Origin: Chthoniobacteraceae bacterium
GTDB taxonomy: Bacteria > Verrucomicrobiota > Verrucomicrobiia > Chthoniobacterales > Chthoniobacteraceae
Direction of reading: 5' to 3'
NCBI GenBank assembly: GCA_031409335.1
Contig: JANNWY010000146.1
Span: forward strand, 1-43,627
DNA length: 43,627 nt
Positions 35,901-43,627 of the stretch are shown here, in pieces. Position 1 is the stretch's first letter, and each line of letters begins with the position of its first letter. A program made the translations under genes and the position numbers. The notes below the pieces were generated by a model. The model did not search any database. It was not told where the DNA came from and saw nothing but the letters and a program-made list of their open reading frames with translations.

Positions 35901-37641
35901 CGCCAGCGATGCCGACCTGCGTATCGCCCCGATCCGCAGCGACCGGAAGCATGGTCAGTTTGGAGCCTGGGCCATCGACATTGACTTCGCCGGTCCCACC
36001 TCCGTTGCCGATTGCGAGCCAGTGATTCAGGCTCAGTGAACTGCCGTTCTTGATATCGACCCTGCCAGTCGCGCCGCTATTCCTGCCGACCCACATTTCC
36101 CATGATCTGACGACGCCGCCGTTGTCGATCGTCAAGGTGCCGGCACCCTGTTCGCCGATATTCATGTGTGGAGCCAAACCAGTATTGTTCTGAATCAACT
36201 GTGAACCCACACCATCGACCAGAATATCGCCAGAGGATGCGCCGCCGCGACCGGCATTCAGCCAGAAGTTGGTGATGAACCTGCCACCATTGGTAATCTC
36301 CAGCTTTCCAGTGCCACCGTCGCGGCCAATGCTCCCATCATTGTTTGCGCCCAAGTCCTCGTGGAGAAACTGGCTGCCGGCTCCAGAAACCGTGATCTTA
36401 CCCGTGTTTCCCGCGCCCAAGCCAACATCCATCCATCCGGTTTGATGAACAACGCCGCCACCGGAAACGTTCAAGGTTCCGTTCGAACCCGTCCCATCGA
36501 CGCCAATTCGCAACCCTCTGGAGCCCCCGTCCCGACGATCCTCCCCGGTCGTAAAGCTTCCCCCGGTCACATTCAGAATACCGACTCCGCCATTGCGACC
36601 GACGTAGGTGGTTTGTGCGTTAAAGGAGCCCGCGGCGATCGTGGCGACATTTGGTGTTACGAGAGTCCCGGAGCCGTCCCTGCCGATGACGAATTCACCG
36701 ACACCCGTCACGACGCCACGGGAGGTCATCGTCCCCAAGCTATTGGCACCTGTGCCGATTCGTAAAATGCCGCCCGTCGTTCCACCGACACCCGGGGATG
36801 GCGTGCCGATCCCGGTGAGTTTACCGAGGGGGTCGATCGTCAGTGTGCCAGTTCCGCCGTCGTCACCTATATTGATCGAGCTGGGACCGGCCAGGAGTTC
36901 GCCGTCGGATTTGATGGTTAGAAAGCCGGTTCCGCCCGTTGCCTCATTCAACGTTCCGCCCACAGTGAGTAAGGCATTATTCGTTCTTACATCAAGGATG
37001 GCGGCTCCGGGCAAACCATCTCCAAGGAAAAAACGACCAACCGCGCCGGTATCGATGCCGATTCCCAATCCATCGCCAGTGAAGTTGTTTGGGGGGTCGG
37101 CGGGGTTGGGGTTGACTCCGGAGTTGGGACCCATGAGGAACGTCCCGTTGTTCACATTCACCGTTCCATCGCCGGTGGCGACGCCGAGCGCGGAGAGGGT
37201 AATGCCTACGGCCACGGCATTCGCTGTACCGGAGTTAAAATTGCCACCGGCATTGAGATTCAACTCCCCCTTGCCATCGACCGCCCCGGTAACACCAATC
37301 GCAATCGCCGTCCCAGTGGCGGGCGGCACTGCGGGTGCCCATGTTTGATCCAGCGTCCCGCCGTTAATAGTGATCGCGTTACTGTTCGCCACCGTGAGAT
37401 TTCCAAATGGAAACGTCGTCCCGAGACCGTCGTAATGGATCGTGTGACCGGCACCGATGACGGCACTGTCCGCGCCATAGGTATTCGGGAAAGGCGCCGC
37501 ACCCGGCGGCGTCCACGACGCCGGGTTGCTCCAATCGCCGGTGGCGGCGGAAGGGAAAACATCTGCGTGAAGATGCGCCGCGATCGAAACGGAAAGGGCG
37601 GCGGCAGCGAGAAGCGAGGAGCGGAAGTTTGATTTTTTCAT
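32974..37641 (-). CDS. Large Gly-rich beta-solenoid PEP-CTERM protein (T5SS/PEP-CTERM-associated repeats), 1555 aa
   Basis: Signal peptide; many xxIG..G.G.LxVx.GG repeats; VPEPGTIALLL...RRK. Confidence 0.9.
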   Translation of the reverse strand: MKKSNFRSSLLAAAALSVSIAAHLHADVFPSAATGDWSNPASWTPPGAAPFPNTYGADSAVIGAGHTIHYDGLGTTFPFGNLTVANSNAITINGGTLDQTWAPAVPPATGTAIAIGVTGAVDGKGELNLNAGGNFNSGTANAVAVGITLSALGVATGDGTVNVNNGTFLMGPNSGVNPNPADPPNNFTGDGLGIGIDTGAVGRFFLGDGLPGAAILDVRTNNALLTVGGTLNEATGGTGFLTIKSDGELLAGPSSINIGDDGGTGTLTIDPLGKLTGIGTPSPGVGGTTGGILRIGTGANSLGTMTSRGVVTGVGEFVIGRDGSGTLVTPNVATIAAGSFNAQTTYVGRNGGVGILNVTGGSFTTGEDRRDGGSRGLRIGVDGTGSNGTLNVSGGGVVHQTGWMDVGLGAGNTGKITVSGAGSQFLHEDLGANNDGSIGRDGGTGKLEITNGGRFITNFWLNAGRGGASSGDILVDGVGSQLIQNNTGLAPHMNIGEQGAGTLTIDNGGVVRSWEMWVGRNSGATGRVDIKNGSSLSLNHWLAIGNGGGTGEVNVDGPGSKLTMLPVAADRGDTQVGIAGGNGKINVTNGGNFTTSWWINIARDAGSTGAIKIEGPGSTVLQGSIGGDMRTNVGEHGTGRIDILAGGKFQKFAGSETAIARENGSIGTVIVDGPGSLFHQRAGDLIIGTRGQGRMEVKNGGEVRVNTGGVGTVLVGAWNGDANGSGTLIVDGPTSAFNGLRDPEVPDFNAANGARLNIGNESATSGTVRITNGGTASFLSVTLGNQGQGTINQDSGTLNVGQWLEIGQDRNADVASDLPNGIRGNEATYNLSGGTLNARQLIIGSRRKGTMTMSGGTINMGSNGTTTIDAGAFAIGFFGNPDGGGAHGDGLFVQTGGAINSYGKNLQIAFQGGTSGQYDMVSGTLNLNPALDPLGNPNAYPGLRNIEVGQNGIGTLNVGKVVALGDPVPTDPVISGVNYFNVAGNNGEGGAGSTGTLNVNFNNPASTLHSREFYSGFGTGSVGVTLVKKGILQTEGLVEVGRNGGTGTVNIDGPTAVWQRGLSAGGFNSDMQIGFSGGTGNLNVTNGGTVTNSWWINIARGATSTGNVTVDGANSKIVLTGGGDINLNVGEDGIGTMTVSNGGTVTHNDAQSYRTHVSRNSGSTGKLELNTGGKVDVTELFVGSGGGTNGEVNIKSGGAMTVQNWLAVGTGVGTTGTITVDGPGSSFVHKSNLYGRNGGGGGDNQIGFQGGTGTVNVTNGGKFEAGWWLNIARNDGTAGTKGFVNVTGAGSLLKVDGSGFINLGEDGEGTMNVTSGGKVDAVGSGDFVLGKNAGSMGTLTVKTGGIVLTPFLRAGAGMAKLTLEDGGILQASRDEANFLQGFDNGALHSAIRLEGTGGTIDSNGRRVRVIAGNVIAGLDVNPADGLLGTALTIAGDATLFNNTDKVTLEVPVGTGTLSIHVLSGGFLDLEVSQTLDALVIDAGGYVELSALSSPPGAPAAAPLFDEGMHEAAPASPGLDALATASVQGVPEPGTIALLLVSALGMLGRPTRRKQG

Positions 37642-38103
37642 AACGCGAATGCGGGAATTTTGCAGACAGTAAACGAGTGGGTTACCGAGGCTGCGTCCGA
37701 AGGAGCTTTTCCACCAGCGGCGTCGTATTACTTCGCCGAGTTAGAAAGTGGGGTCTCTTTGAAGTCGTTGAGAGGACGCCACTTTTGAGAAAAAAAGTCA
37801 ATACATTAGTTTTAGCTATTTTGGGGTAGTCCGGCCATTCGGCAGGGTAGGTCGCCACCATCAGGTGGTAGTGAGGTCGGTGCCTCCACCGTTGTCTAGG
37901 TCGTCGAGCAGCTTGGAAACGATCGGACGCAGTCCAAAGTGCGCTCTCCCCAGCCGGCATCCCACTGTTGACGAAGCACCAGCCCGACTTTTCTTCACAC
38001 CCATCCCATGCAAACTGGGCAAACTTGACACCGGAAGGGTGGGTGCTCTTATGACCGGCTCGACCGGGCCACCTTTCCGAACACTGCTTTTGCACACCCC
38101 GTC

Positions 38104-41100
38104 ATGAAAAAAATCATCCGCGCCCTGGCTGTGTGGGCGGCATTTCTGCCAGGGACCACCGCCGTCTGCGCGGAGCTGCCCGCGGGCGTGACCGCGGTGG
38201 CGCTGAAGGCGCCTTCACGCGGCTCGGGCGGCAAACTTTTCACGATGCTGCTGCCGGATCACACCGGACTGAGCGCGGTGAACCAGCTCCAGGCCGAGCA
38301 TCCGATGAATTTCATGTATCACAGCGGCGTCACGACGGGCGGCGTGGTCATCAGCGACTTCGACGGCGATGGGAAGCCGGACCTTTTCTTCGCGGGCTCG
38401 ACCTCCTCAAACCGGCTTTACCGGCAGACGGGCGATTTGAAATTTGAGGACATCAGCGCAACCGCAGGGCCGATCGACGGAAGGGACGCGTGGGGAACGG
38501 GAGCGGCGGCGGGCGATGTGAATGGCGACGGGCGGCTCGACATTTATGTGTGCGGCTACATGCAGCCGAATCAGCTTTATCTGAACATGGGGCCGGGGCC
38601 AAAAGGCGAGCCGGTCGTGTTTAGGGAGGCGGCAAAAGTCGCGGGGCTGGATGCGGTGGATTTCAGCCAGACGGCGGCGTTCCTGGACTACGATGGCGAT
38701 GGGCGGCTCGACCTGTATTTGCTGACGAACCGGATCGAGGATCCGAACGGCACGCCGAAGGAAATGCCGATCATCAAGCACCCGAATGGGACCGTCTCGA
38801 TCCAGCCCGATGCGGAGAAATACTACGCGGTGTGGCGCTACGACTACGACAATTGGGGCACGGAATCGATCGGCACGCCGGATCGCCTTTACCACAACGA
38901 AGGCAACGGGCCGGATGGCATCCCGCGCTTTAAGGATGTGACGGCAGCGGCGGGCATCGAGGGGCGCGGCGACGGGCTTTCGGTGACGGTGTGGGATTTC
39001 AACGGCGACGGTCGGCCCGACATTTACGTCGGCAACGATTTCATCGCGACCGACAAACTTTACCGCAACAACGGCGACGGGACGTTCACGGATGTCGCGC
39101 CGGAGATGATCCCGCACACGTCGTGGTTTTCGATGGGCGCGGATTTTGGCGATCTCGACAATGATCTGCTGCCGGACTTGCTGGTCGCCGACATGTCGGT
39201 GACGACGCACTACCAGGCGTCCACCACGATGGGTGTGATGCGAGGCATGGACATGAAGCGCGCTCTCATCGGAAAGCCCGCACAGCATATGCAGAACGTG
39301 CTGCTGCTGAATACGGGCGCGGGCCACTTCCGTGAAGGCGCGCGACTCTTCGGCGTATCCAGCACGGACTGGACGTGGGCGGTGAAATTCGCGGACTTCG
39401 ACAACGATGGCTGGCTCGACATCTACTGCACGAACGGCATTTCGCGGCACATGAATGACTCGGACAAATTCGTGTCGATGGAAATGTTGCAGGGGAAACA
39501 CATGTTCGACTTTTTCAAGGAAGGGCCGATGCGCAGGGAAATGAACCGCGCTTTCCGGAATACGGGCGGCGCGCAGTTCGACGATGTGAGCGCGGCGTGG
39601 GGGCTGGATCATGTGGGCGTCACGTATGGCGCGGCGTACGCGGACCTCGATCGCGACGGCGATTTGGACATGGTGACGGTGAATCTGGAGGAACCGAATT
39701 TCGTGTATCGCAACGACTCGGCGGACGGCCAGCGGGTGCTGATCCAGCTCGTGGGAAATGGCGCGAACAAACTCGGCTTCGGCGCGACCGTGACAATCCG
39801 CACCGCCGCCGGCCCGCAGACGCGGCAGCTCGAGCCGCAGACCGGCTACCTTTCGTGCAATGAGCCGCTAATCCATTTCGGGCTGGGAAAAGATACCGTC
39901 ATCGACGAACTGACCGTGCGCTGGCCGGGCGCGGGCGAGCAGAAAATCAAAGGGCTGAAAGCCGGGATGTTTTACACGATCGCGCAGCCCGCGAATGGCG
40001 GCGATCCGGTGACGCTGCCGCCCGCGATCACGCCGTTGTTTGCAAAATCGGACGCGCTTTCCACGTTGAAACACAAGGACGCGGGCCGCGACGGCGACTT
40101 CAAGAAACAGCCGCTCCTGCCCTTCGCGCTCTCGCAGCTCGGGCCGGTGCTGGCGTGGGGCGATGTGGATGGCGACGGGCTCGATGACTTTTACATCGGC
40201 GGCAGCGCCGGGGAGATCGGCGAGCTGCGCGTGAACAAGGGCGGCGGAAAATTCGTCGCGAAATGGGTGGACGCATTCCGCGCGGACAAGGATTGCGAAG
40301 ACGCGGGCGCGGTATTTTTCGACGCGGAAGGCGATGGCGATCTCGATCTGTTCGTCGCGAGCGGGTCGAACGAATTCGACGTCGGCTCGAAGTCGCTGCG
40401 TTCGCGGCTGTATCTGAACGACGGCAAGGGCACCTTCAAACTCGCGCCCGCCGGGGCGATTCCCGAGTGGCTGGAATTCGCGAGCGCGGTCTGCGTGGCG
40501 GACTACGATCGCGATGGGAAGCCGGATATTTTCGTCGGCGCGCGGGCGGTGCCGGGCGACTGGCCGCGCAGCGGGAAGAGCCTGCTGCTGCACAACGAAT
40601 CGTCGGCGGCAGCGGTGAAATTTTCGGACAAAACGGGCACGGTCGCCGGGCTCGGAAACGCGGGGCTCGTGACGGCGGCGATATGGTCGGATGCGAATGG
40701 CGATGGCTGGGTGGACTTGCTCGTGGCGACGGAATGGGGACCGGTGAAACTTTTCCAAAACGAAAAAGGGAAACTCCAGGACACGACGAAAAAAGCAGGG
40801 CTCGCGGAAGTCACTGGCTGGTGGCGCGGGCTCGCGGCGATCGACATCGACCACGATGGCGACCTCGACTACATCGGCGGGAATCTCGGCCTGAACACGA
40901 AGTATCCGCAGGCGACGAAGGAGCGTCCGCAGTGGATGTATCACGGCGACTTCGACGGCTCCGGGAAACGGCACATCGTGGAAGTGCAACGCGAGAACGA
41001 CGCGCTGTATCCCGAGCGCAGCCGCGCGGTTTTCGCCGAGGCGATGCCATTCATCGAAAAAGCGTTTCCGACGTTCAACGCGTGGGGGAAGGCGACGATC

Positions 41101-41805
41101 GACGACATTTTCGCGCCGGAAAAGCTGAGCAAGGCGGAGCGTTTTGAAGCGAACGAACTCCAGAGCGGAATCTTCGTGAACGACGCCGGGCGCTTCACTT
41201 TCCGCCCCCTGGAACGCATCGCGCAGATCGCACCGGGCAACAGCCCCGTGGTCTGTGATTTCAATGGCGACGGCCATCCCGACATTTTTCTTTCGCAAAA
41301 TTCCTTCAGCCCGATCGCGGAAATCCCGCGCTTCGACGGCGGCCTCGGCCAGCTTTTGCTCGGCGATGGCAAAGGCGCGTTTCGCGCCGCCGCGATCCGT
41401 GAATGCGGCATCGCCGTTCCCGGCGACGCGAAGGCCGCGTCGTTCACCGATTTGAACAACGACGGCAAACCCGATGTCGCGATCACCGTGAACAACGGAG
41501 CCGCCGCCGCGTTCGTGAATCAATCCCCCGCCCGCTGGCTGCGCGTCACCGTGCCCGCCGGCAGTGCCGCCGGGACGCGGCTCACCCTCAAGCGCGCCGA
41601 GCTGCCGCCGCAACTCATCGAACTCCACGCCGGGTCCGGTTGCCTCTCGCAGGACTGCGCGACCGCGTTTTTCGGCACGGGAGAAAACGACGCGCCCGGC
41701 GCGGTGATCGCACAGTGGCCGGACGGCAGCTCCTCCGAAACCGCCTACGACGGCAAAGCCGAAGTGCTCAAACTTGCCCCTCTCAAACGCACCGCCAAAA
41801 AATGA
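38104..41805 (+). CDS. FG-GAP/VCBS repeat protein with ASPIC/UnbV domain (CRTAC1-like, two halves)
   Basis: Many DxDGDGxxD repeats; GYLS.....IHFGLG...V.WP. Confidence 0.92.
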   Translation: MKKIIRALAVWAAFLPGTTAVCAELPAGVTAVALKAPSRGSGGKLFTMLLPDHTGLSAVNQLQAEHPMNFMYHSGVTTGGVVISDFDGDGKPDLFFAGSTSSNRLYRQTGDLKFEDISATAGPIDGRDAWGTGAAAGDVNGDGRLDIYVCGYMQPNQLYLNMGPGPKGEPVVFREAAKVAGLDAVDFSQTAAFLDYDGDGRLDLYLLTNRIEDPNGTPKEMPIIKHPNGTVSIQPDAEKYYAVWRYDYDNWGTESIGTPDRLYHNEGNGPDGIPRFKDVTAAAGIEGRGDGLSVTVWDFNGDGRPDIYVGNDFIATDKLYRNNGDGTFTDVAPEMIPHTSWFSMGADFGDLDNDLLPDLLVADMSVTTHYQASTTMGVMRGMDMKRALIGKPAQHMQNVLLLNTGAGHFREGARLFGVSSTDWTWAVKFADFDNDGWLDIYCTNGISRHMNDSDKFVSMEMLQGKHMFDFFKEGPMRREMNRAFRNTGGAQFDDVSAAWGLDHVGVTYGAAYADLDRDGDLDMVTVNLEEPNFVYRNDSADGQRVLIQLVGNGANKLGFGATVTIRTAAGPQTRQLEPQTGYLSCNEPLIHFGLGKDTVIDELTVRWPGAGEQKIKGLKAGMFYTIAQPANGGDPVTLPPAITPLFAKSDALSTLKHKDAGRDGDFKKQPLLPFALSQLGPVLAWGDVDGDGLDDFYIGGSAGEIGELRVNKGGGKFVAKWVDAFRADKDCEDAGAVFFDAEGDGDLDLFVASGSNEFDVGSKSLRSRLYLNDGKGTFKLAPAGAIPEWLEFASAVCVADYDRDGKPDIFVGARAVPGDWPRSGKSLLLHNESSAAAVKFSDKTGTVAGLGNAGLVTAAIWSDANGDGWVDLLVATEWGPVKLFQNEKGKLQDTTKKAGLAEVTGWWRGLAAIDIDHDGDLDYIGGNLGLNTKYPQATKERPQWMYHGDFDGSGKRHIVEVQRENDALYPERSRAVFAEAMPFIEKAFPTFNAWGKATIDDIFAPEKLSKAERFEANELQSGIFVNDAGRFTFRPLERIAQIAPGNSPVVCDFNGDGHPDIFLSQNSFSPIAEIPRFDGGLGQLLLGDGKGAFRAAAIRECGIAVPGDAKAASFTDLNNDGKPDVAITVNNGAAAAFVNQSPARWLRVTVPAGSAAGTRLTLKRAELPPQLIELHAGSGCLSQDCATAFFGTGENDAPGAVIAQWPDGSSSETAYDGKAEVLKLAPLKRTAKK

Positions 41806-42911
41806 CCCGCTCCTTTAACCAACGCACTTTACTCGCCGCGGTATTCGCGATCCTCGGAACGCTCCACGCCGCCGAGCCGCCCGCCGCGCCCGCGACCGGC
41901 CCGCTGGATCGCGCCCGCACCCTCGCGACCAGCGGCGACTTCGCGGGAGCGATGACTTTGCTCGAAGCGGAAGCCGGCAAGGGCAATGCCGAGGCCGCGA
42001 ATGCATTGGGTGAGGCGAATCTCGCCGGCTACGGCGTGAAGGCGTCCGCTGCCGAAGCCGCGCGCTGGTTTCAACAGGCCGCCGACGCGTCGTTTCCCCC
42101 CGCGATGCTGAATCTCGCGGTGATTCTCCGCAAAGGCGCGGAAGGCGTCCCGGCCGATCCCGACAAGGCCGTTTTCCTGATCCGCTCGGCCGCCGAGGAA
42201 GGCTACGCGCCCGCGCAAGTCGCCAGCGGCCAGCTCGCCGAGGAAGGCGGCGAGGACAAGGGCGACATGGCCGCCGCGCGCGCCTGGTACGAAAAAGCCG
42301 CGGCGCAGGAAAACCCCGATGGGCTGCTCGCGCTGGCGCGGTTTCTCGACAATGGCATCGCCGGACCGCGCGATGCGGCAAAGGCGTTCGACGCCTGCCG
42401 GCGCGCAGCCGTCGCCGGCTCCGCGCTCGCGATGAACGAAATCGGCGTCCGCTACCAGAAAGGCCAGGGCATCGAGCCGGACCAGATCGCCGCGATTGGC
42501 TGGTTCACCGTCGCCGCGCAGCGCGGCCTGCCGGCATCGCACGTGAACCTCGGCAATTGCTACGAAGTTGGTAAAGGCGTGCTGCGGGATTTGGACATGG
42601 CGGGCTCGCACTACGCCGCCGCGGCCAAACAGAATTTCGGTCCCGCGCAGTATCTCCTCGCACAGCTTTTTGAGCAGGCAAAAGGCGCGAAGGCGAATCC
42701 GGTTTACGCGTATGTGAACTACACGCGCGCCGCCTCAAACGGCATCGAAGCCGCTGCAAAAAAGGCTGCGGAAATTAAGGAAAAGCTGACTCCCGATCAA
42801 CTTGCCGAGGCGGCAAGACTACTCACCGAAGCCAGCAAACCCGCCGCCCCCGGCGCGGCGGTACCCGCACCGGCGAAGCAGGAGCCGCCAGCGAAAAAGC
42901 CCAAGAAGTAA
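41802..42911 (+). CDS. Secreted Sel1-repeat protein
   Basis: Repeats A..WF..AA, A..WY.KAA.Q, NLG.CYE.G.GV..D. ATGA overlap with the upstream gene. Confidence 0.9.
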   Translation: MTRSFNQRTLLAAVFAILGTLHAAEPPAAPATGPLDRARTLATSGDFAGAMTLLEAEAGKGNAEAANALGEANLAGYGVKASAAEAARWFQQAADASFPPAMLNLAVILRKGAEGVPADPDKAVFLIRSAAEEGYAPAQVASGQLAEEGGEDKGDMAAARAWYEKAAAQENPDGLLALARFLDNGIAGPRDAAKAFDACRRAAVAGSALAMNEIGVRYQKGQGIEPDQIAAIGWFTVAAQRGLPASHVNLGNCYEVGKGVLRDLDMAGSHYAAAAKQNFGPAQYLLAQLFEQAKGAKANPVYAYVNYTRAASNGIEAAAKKAAEIKEKLTPDQLAEAARLLTEASKPAAPGAAVPAPAKQEPPAKKPKK

Positions 42912-43066
42912 CGGCGCAAGCGGGACACCGGCCTTCCCACGCGTGGATTGTCTCACGAGCGTTTTGGCAATGTTTCCGGCCAAGACGCGGACAATGCTGG
43001 CGGTTGTCTCTCCGCCGCGCTATCACGCAACTACCGTCCTTTCCCCAAACGTATTTCCACCGACCA

Positions 43067-43627
43067 ATGAAACGCCCAACCTTCCTCTTCCTCTTCCTCT
43101 TCGTCTTAATCCACGCCGAAGCCGCCGATCCGCTCCGCGTCTTCATCCGCGGCGGGGCGGCGAACCGCGGCAATGAAGTCCACGCGCATCCGCGTTTCCT
43201 CGCTGAATGGAAAACGCTGCTCGCCGAGCGCGGGATGAAAGTGGACGGCAACACTGACTGGCCGACGGCGGAGCAGATCAAAAACACGGACGTGATCGTG
43301 GCGTATGCGCAGGAGGGCGGTGACGCGACGCCGGAGCAGGAGGCGCTCATCAACGATTTCACGAAGCGCGGCGGCGGGCTCGTGGTGATTCATACGGCGG
43401 CGGTTTCGATGAAAAATCCGGGCTGGTGGCGCGAGACGCTCGGTGGCGCTTGGAAGCCGGGCACGACGAAATGGCGCGAGGGAAAGATGGATCTTTATTT
43501 CACGGAGAATCAGCGGCTCGGCGGCGGGCACCCGATCACGACGGGCGCGTCGAATTTCAACTTCGACGACGAGATTTACTACGACATGAACGTGAAGCCC
43601 GAGGTGCGCGTGCTCGCATCGAGCTAC
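43067..43627 (+). CDS. ThuA-like domain secreted protein, 3' partial
   Basis: MKRPTFLFLFLFVLIHAEAADPLRVFIRGG...HAHPRFL...GGGLVVIH...HPIT.G..NF.FDDEIYY; open to the window end. Confidence 0.85.
   Translation, partial: MKRPTFLFLFLFVLIHAEAADPLRVFIRGGAANRGNEVHAHPRFLAEWKTLLAERGMKVDGNTDWPTAEQIKNTDVIVAYAQEGGDATPEQEALINDFTKRGGGLVVIHTAAVSMKNPGWWRETLGGAWKPGTTKWREGKMDLYFTENQRLGGGHPITTGASNFNFDDEIYYDMNVKPEVRVLASSY

Noticed and set aside
37660..37725. c-di-GMP-I riboswitch-like words (GGACGCA, GGGTTACCGA) near the large PEP-CTERM gene start
   Set aside because: The words are on opposite strands, and the GCAAA/GNRA stem architecture is missing
591..41628. Long antisense or overlapping ORFs (e.g. 591..2276, 8207..10039, 22779..24533, 27192..28730, 39868..41628)
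   Set aside because: Shadow frames of well-supported high-GC genes; Arg-rich, with no recognisable motifs
43082..43105. (TTCCTC)n repeat as a phase-variation tract
   Set aside because: In-frame hexamer encoding FLFLFL of a signal peptide; length change would not shift the frame
1..43627. CRISPR array, tRNA/rRNA, integrase or prophage
   Set aside because: No repeat-spacer periodicity, cloverleaf/rRNA signature, or recombinase/phage motifs seen by eye

Overview
High-GC bacterial chromosome segment, most likely Verrucomicrobiota (Chthoniobacterales-like). The assignment is inferred from PEP-CTERM proteins, a lamin-tail/CotH/PA14 protein, a double FG-GAP/ASPIC protein, a ThuA protein and sparse Shine-Dalgarno use. 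The backbone carries an ArfB-like factor, thrC, hsp20, a PilC/GspF-like gene, ribD, two aldehyde dehydrogenases, rimO, rodZ, ftsK, lpdA, an MsbA-like exporter, and GT9 and GT4 glycosyltransferases. Accessory events visible in the sequence: (1) a low-GC island between ftsK and rodZ encoding a small protein coupled to an enlarged, frameshift-split ClpP-fold protease, next to a vapC truncated after about 9 codons; (2) a PEP-CTERM gene bracketed by two diverged copies of the GT4 3' end; (3) an IS end abutting a RelE/ParE-type TA pair that is divergent from the ArfB-like gene; (4) several heptamer-repeat elements and a REPIN with compensatory stem changes. No rRNA, tRNA or CRISPR array was seen. 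All calls come from reading motifs by eye; no searches were run.
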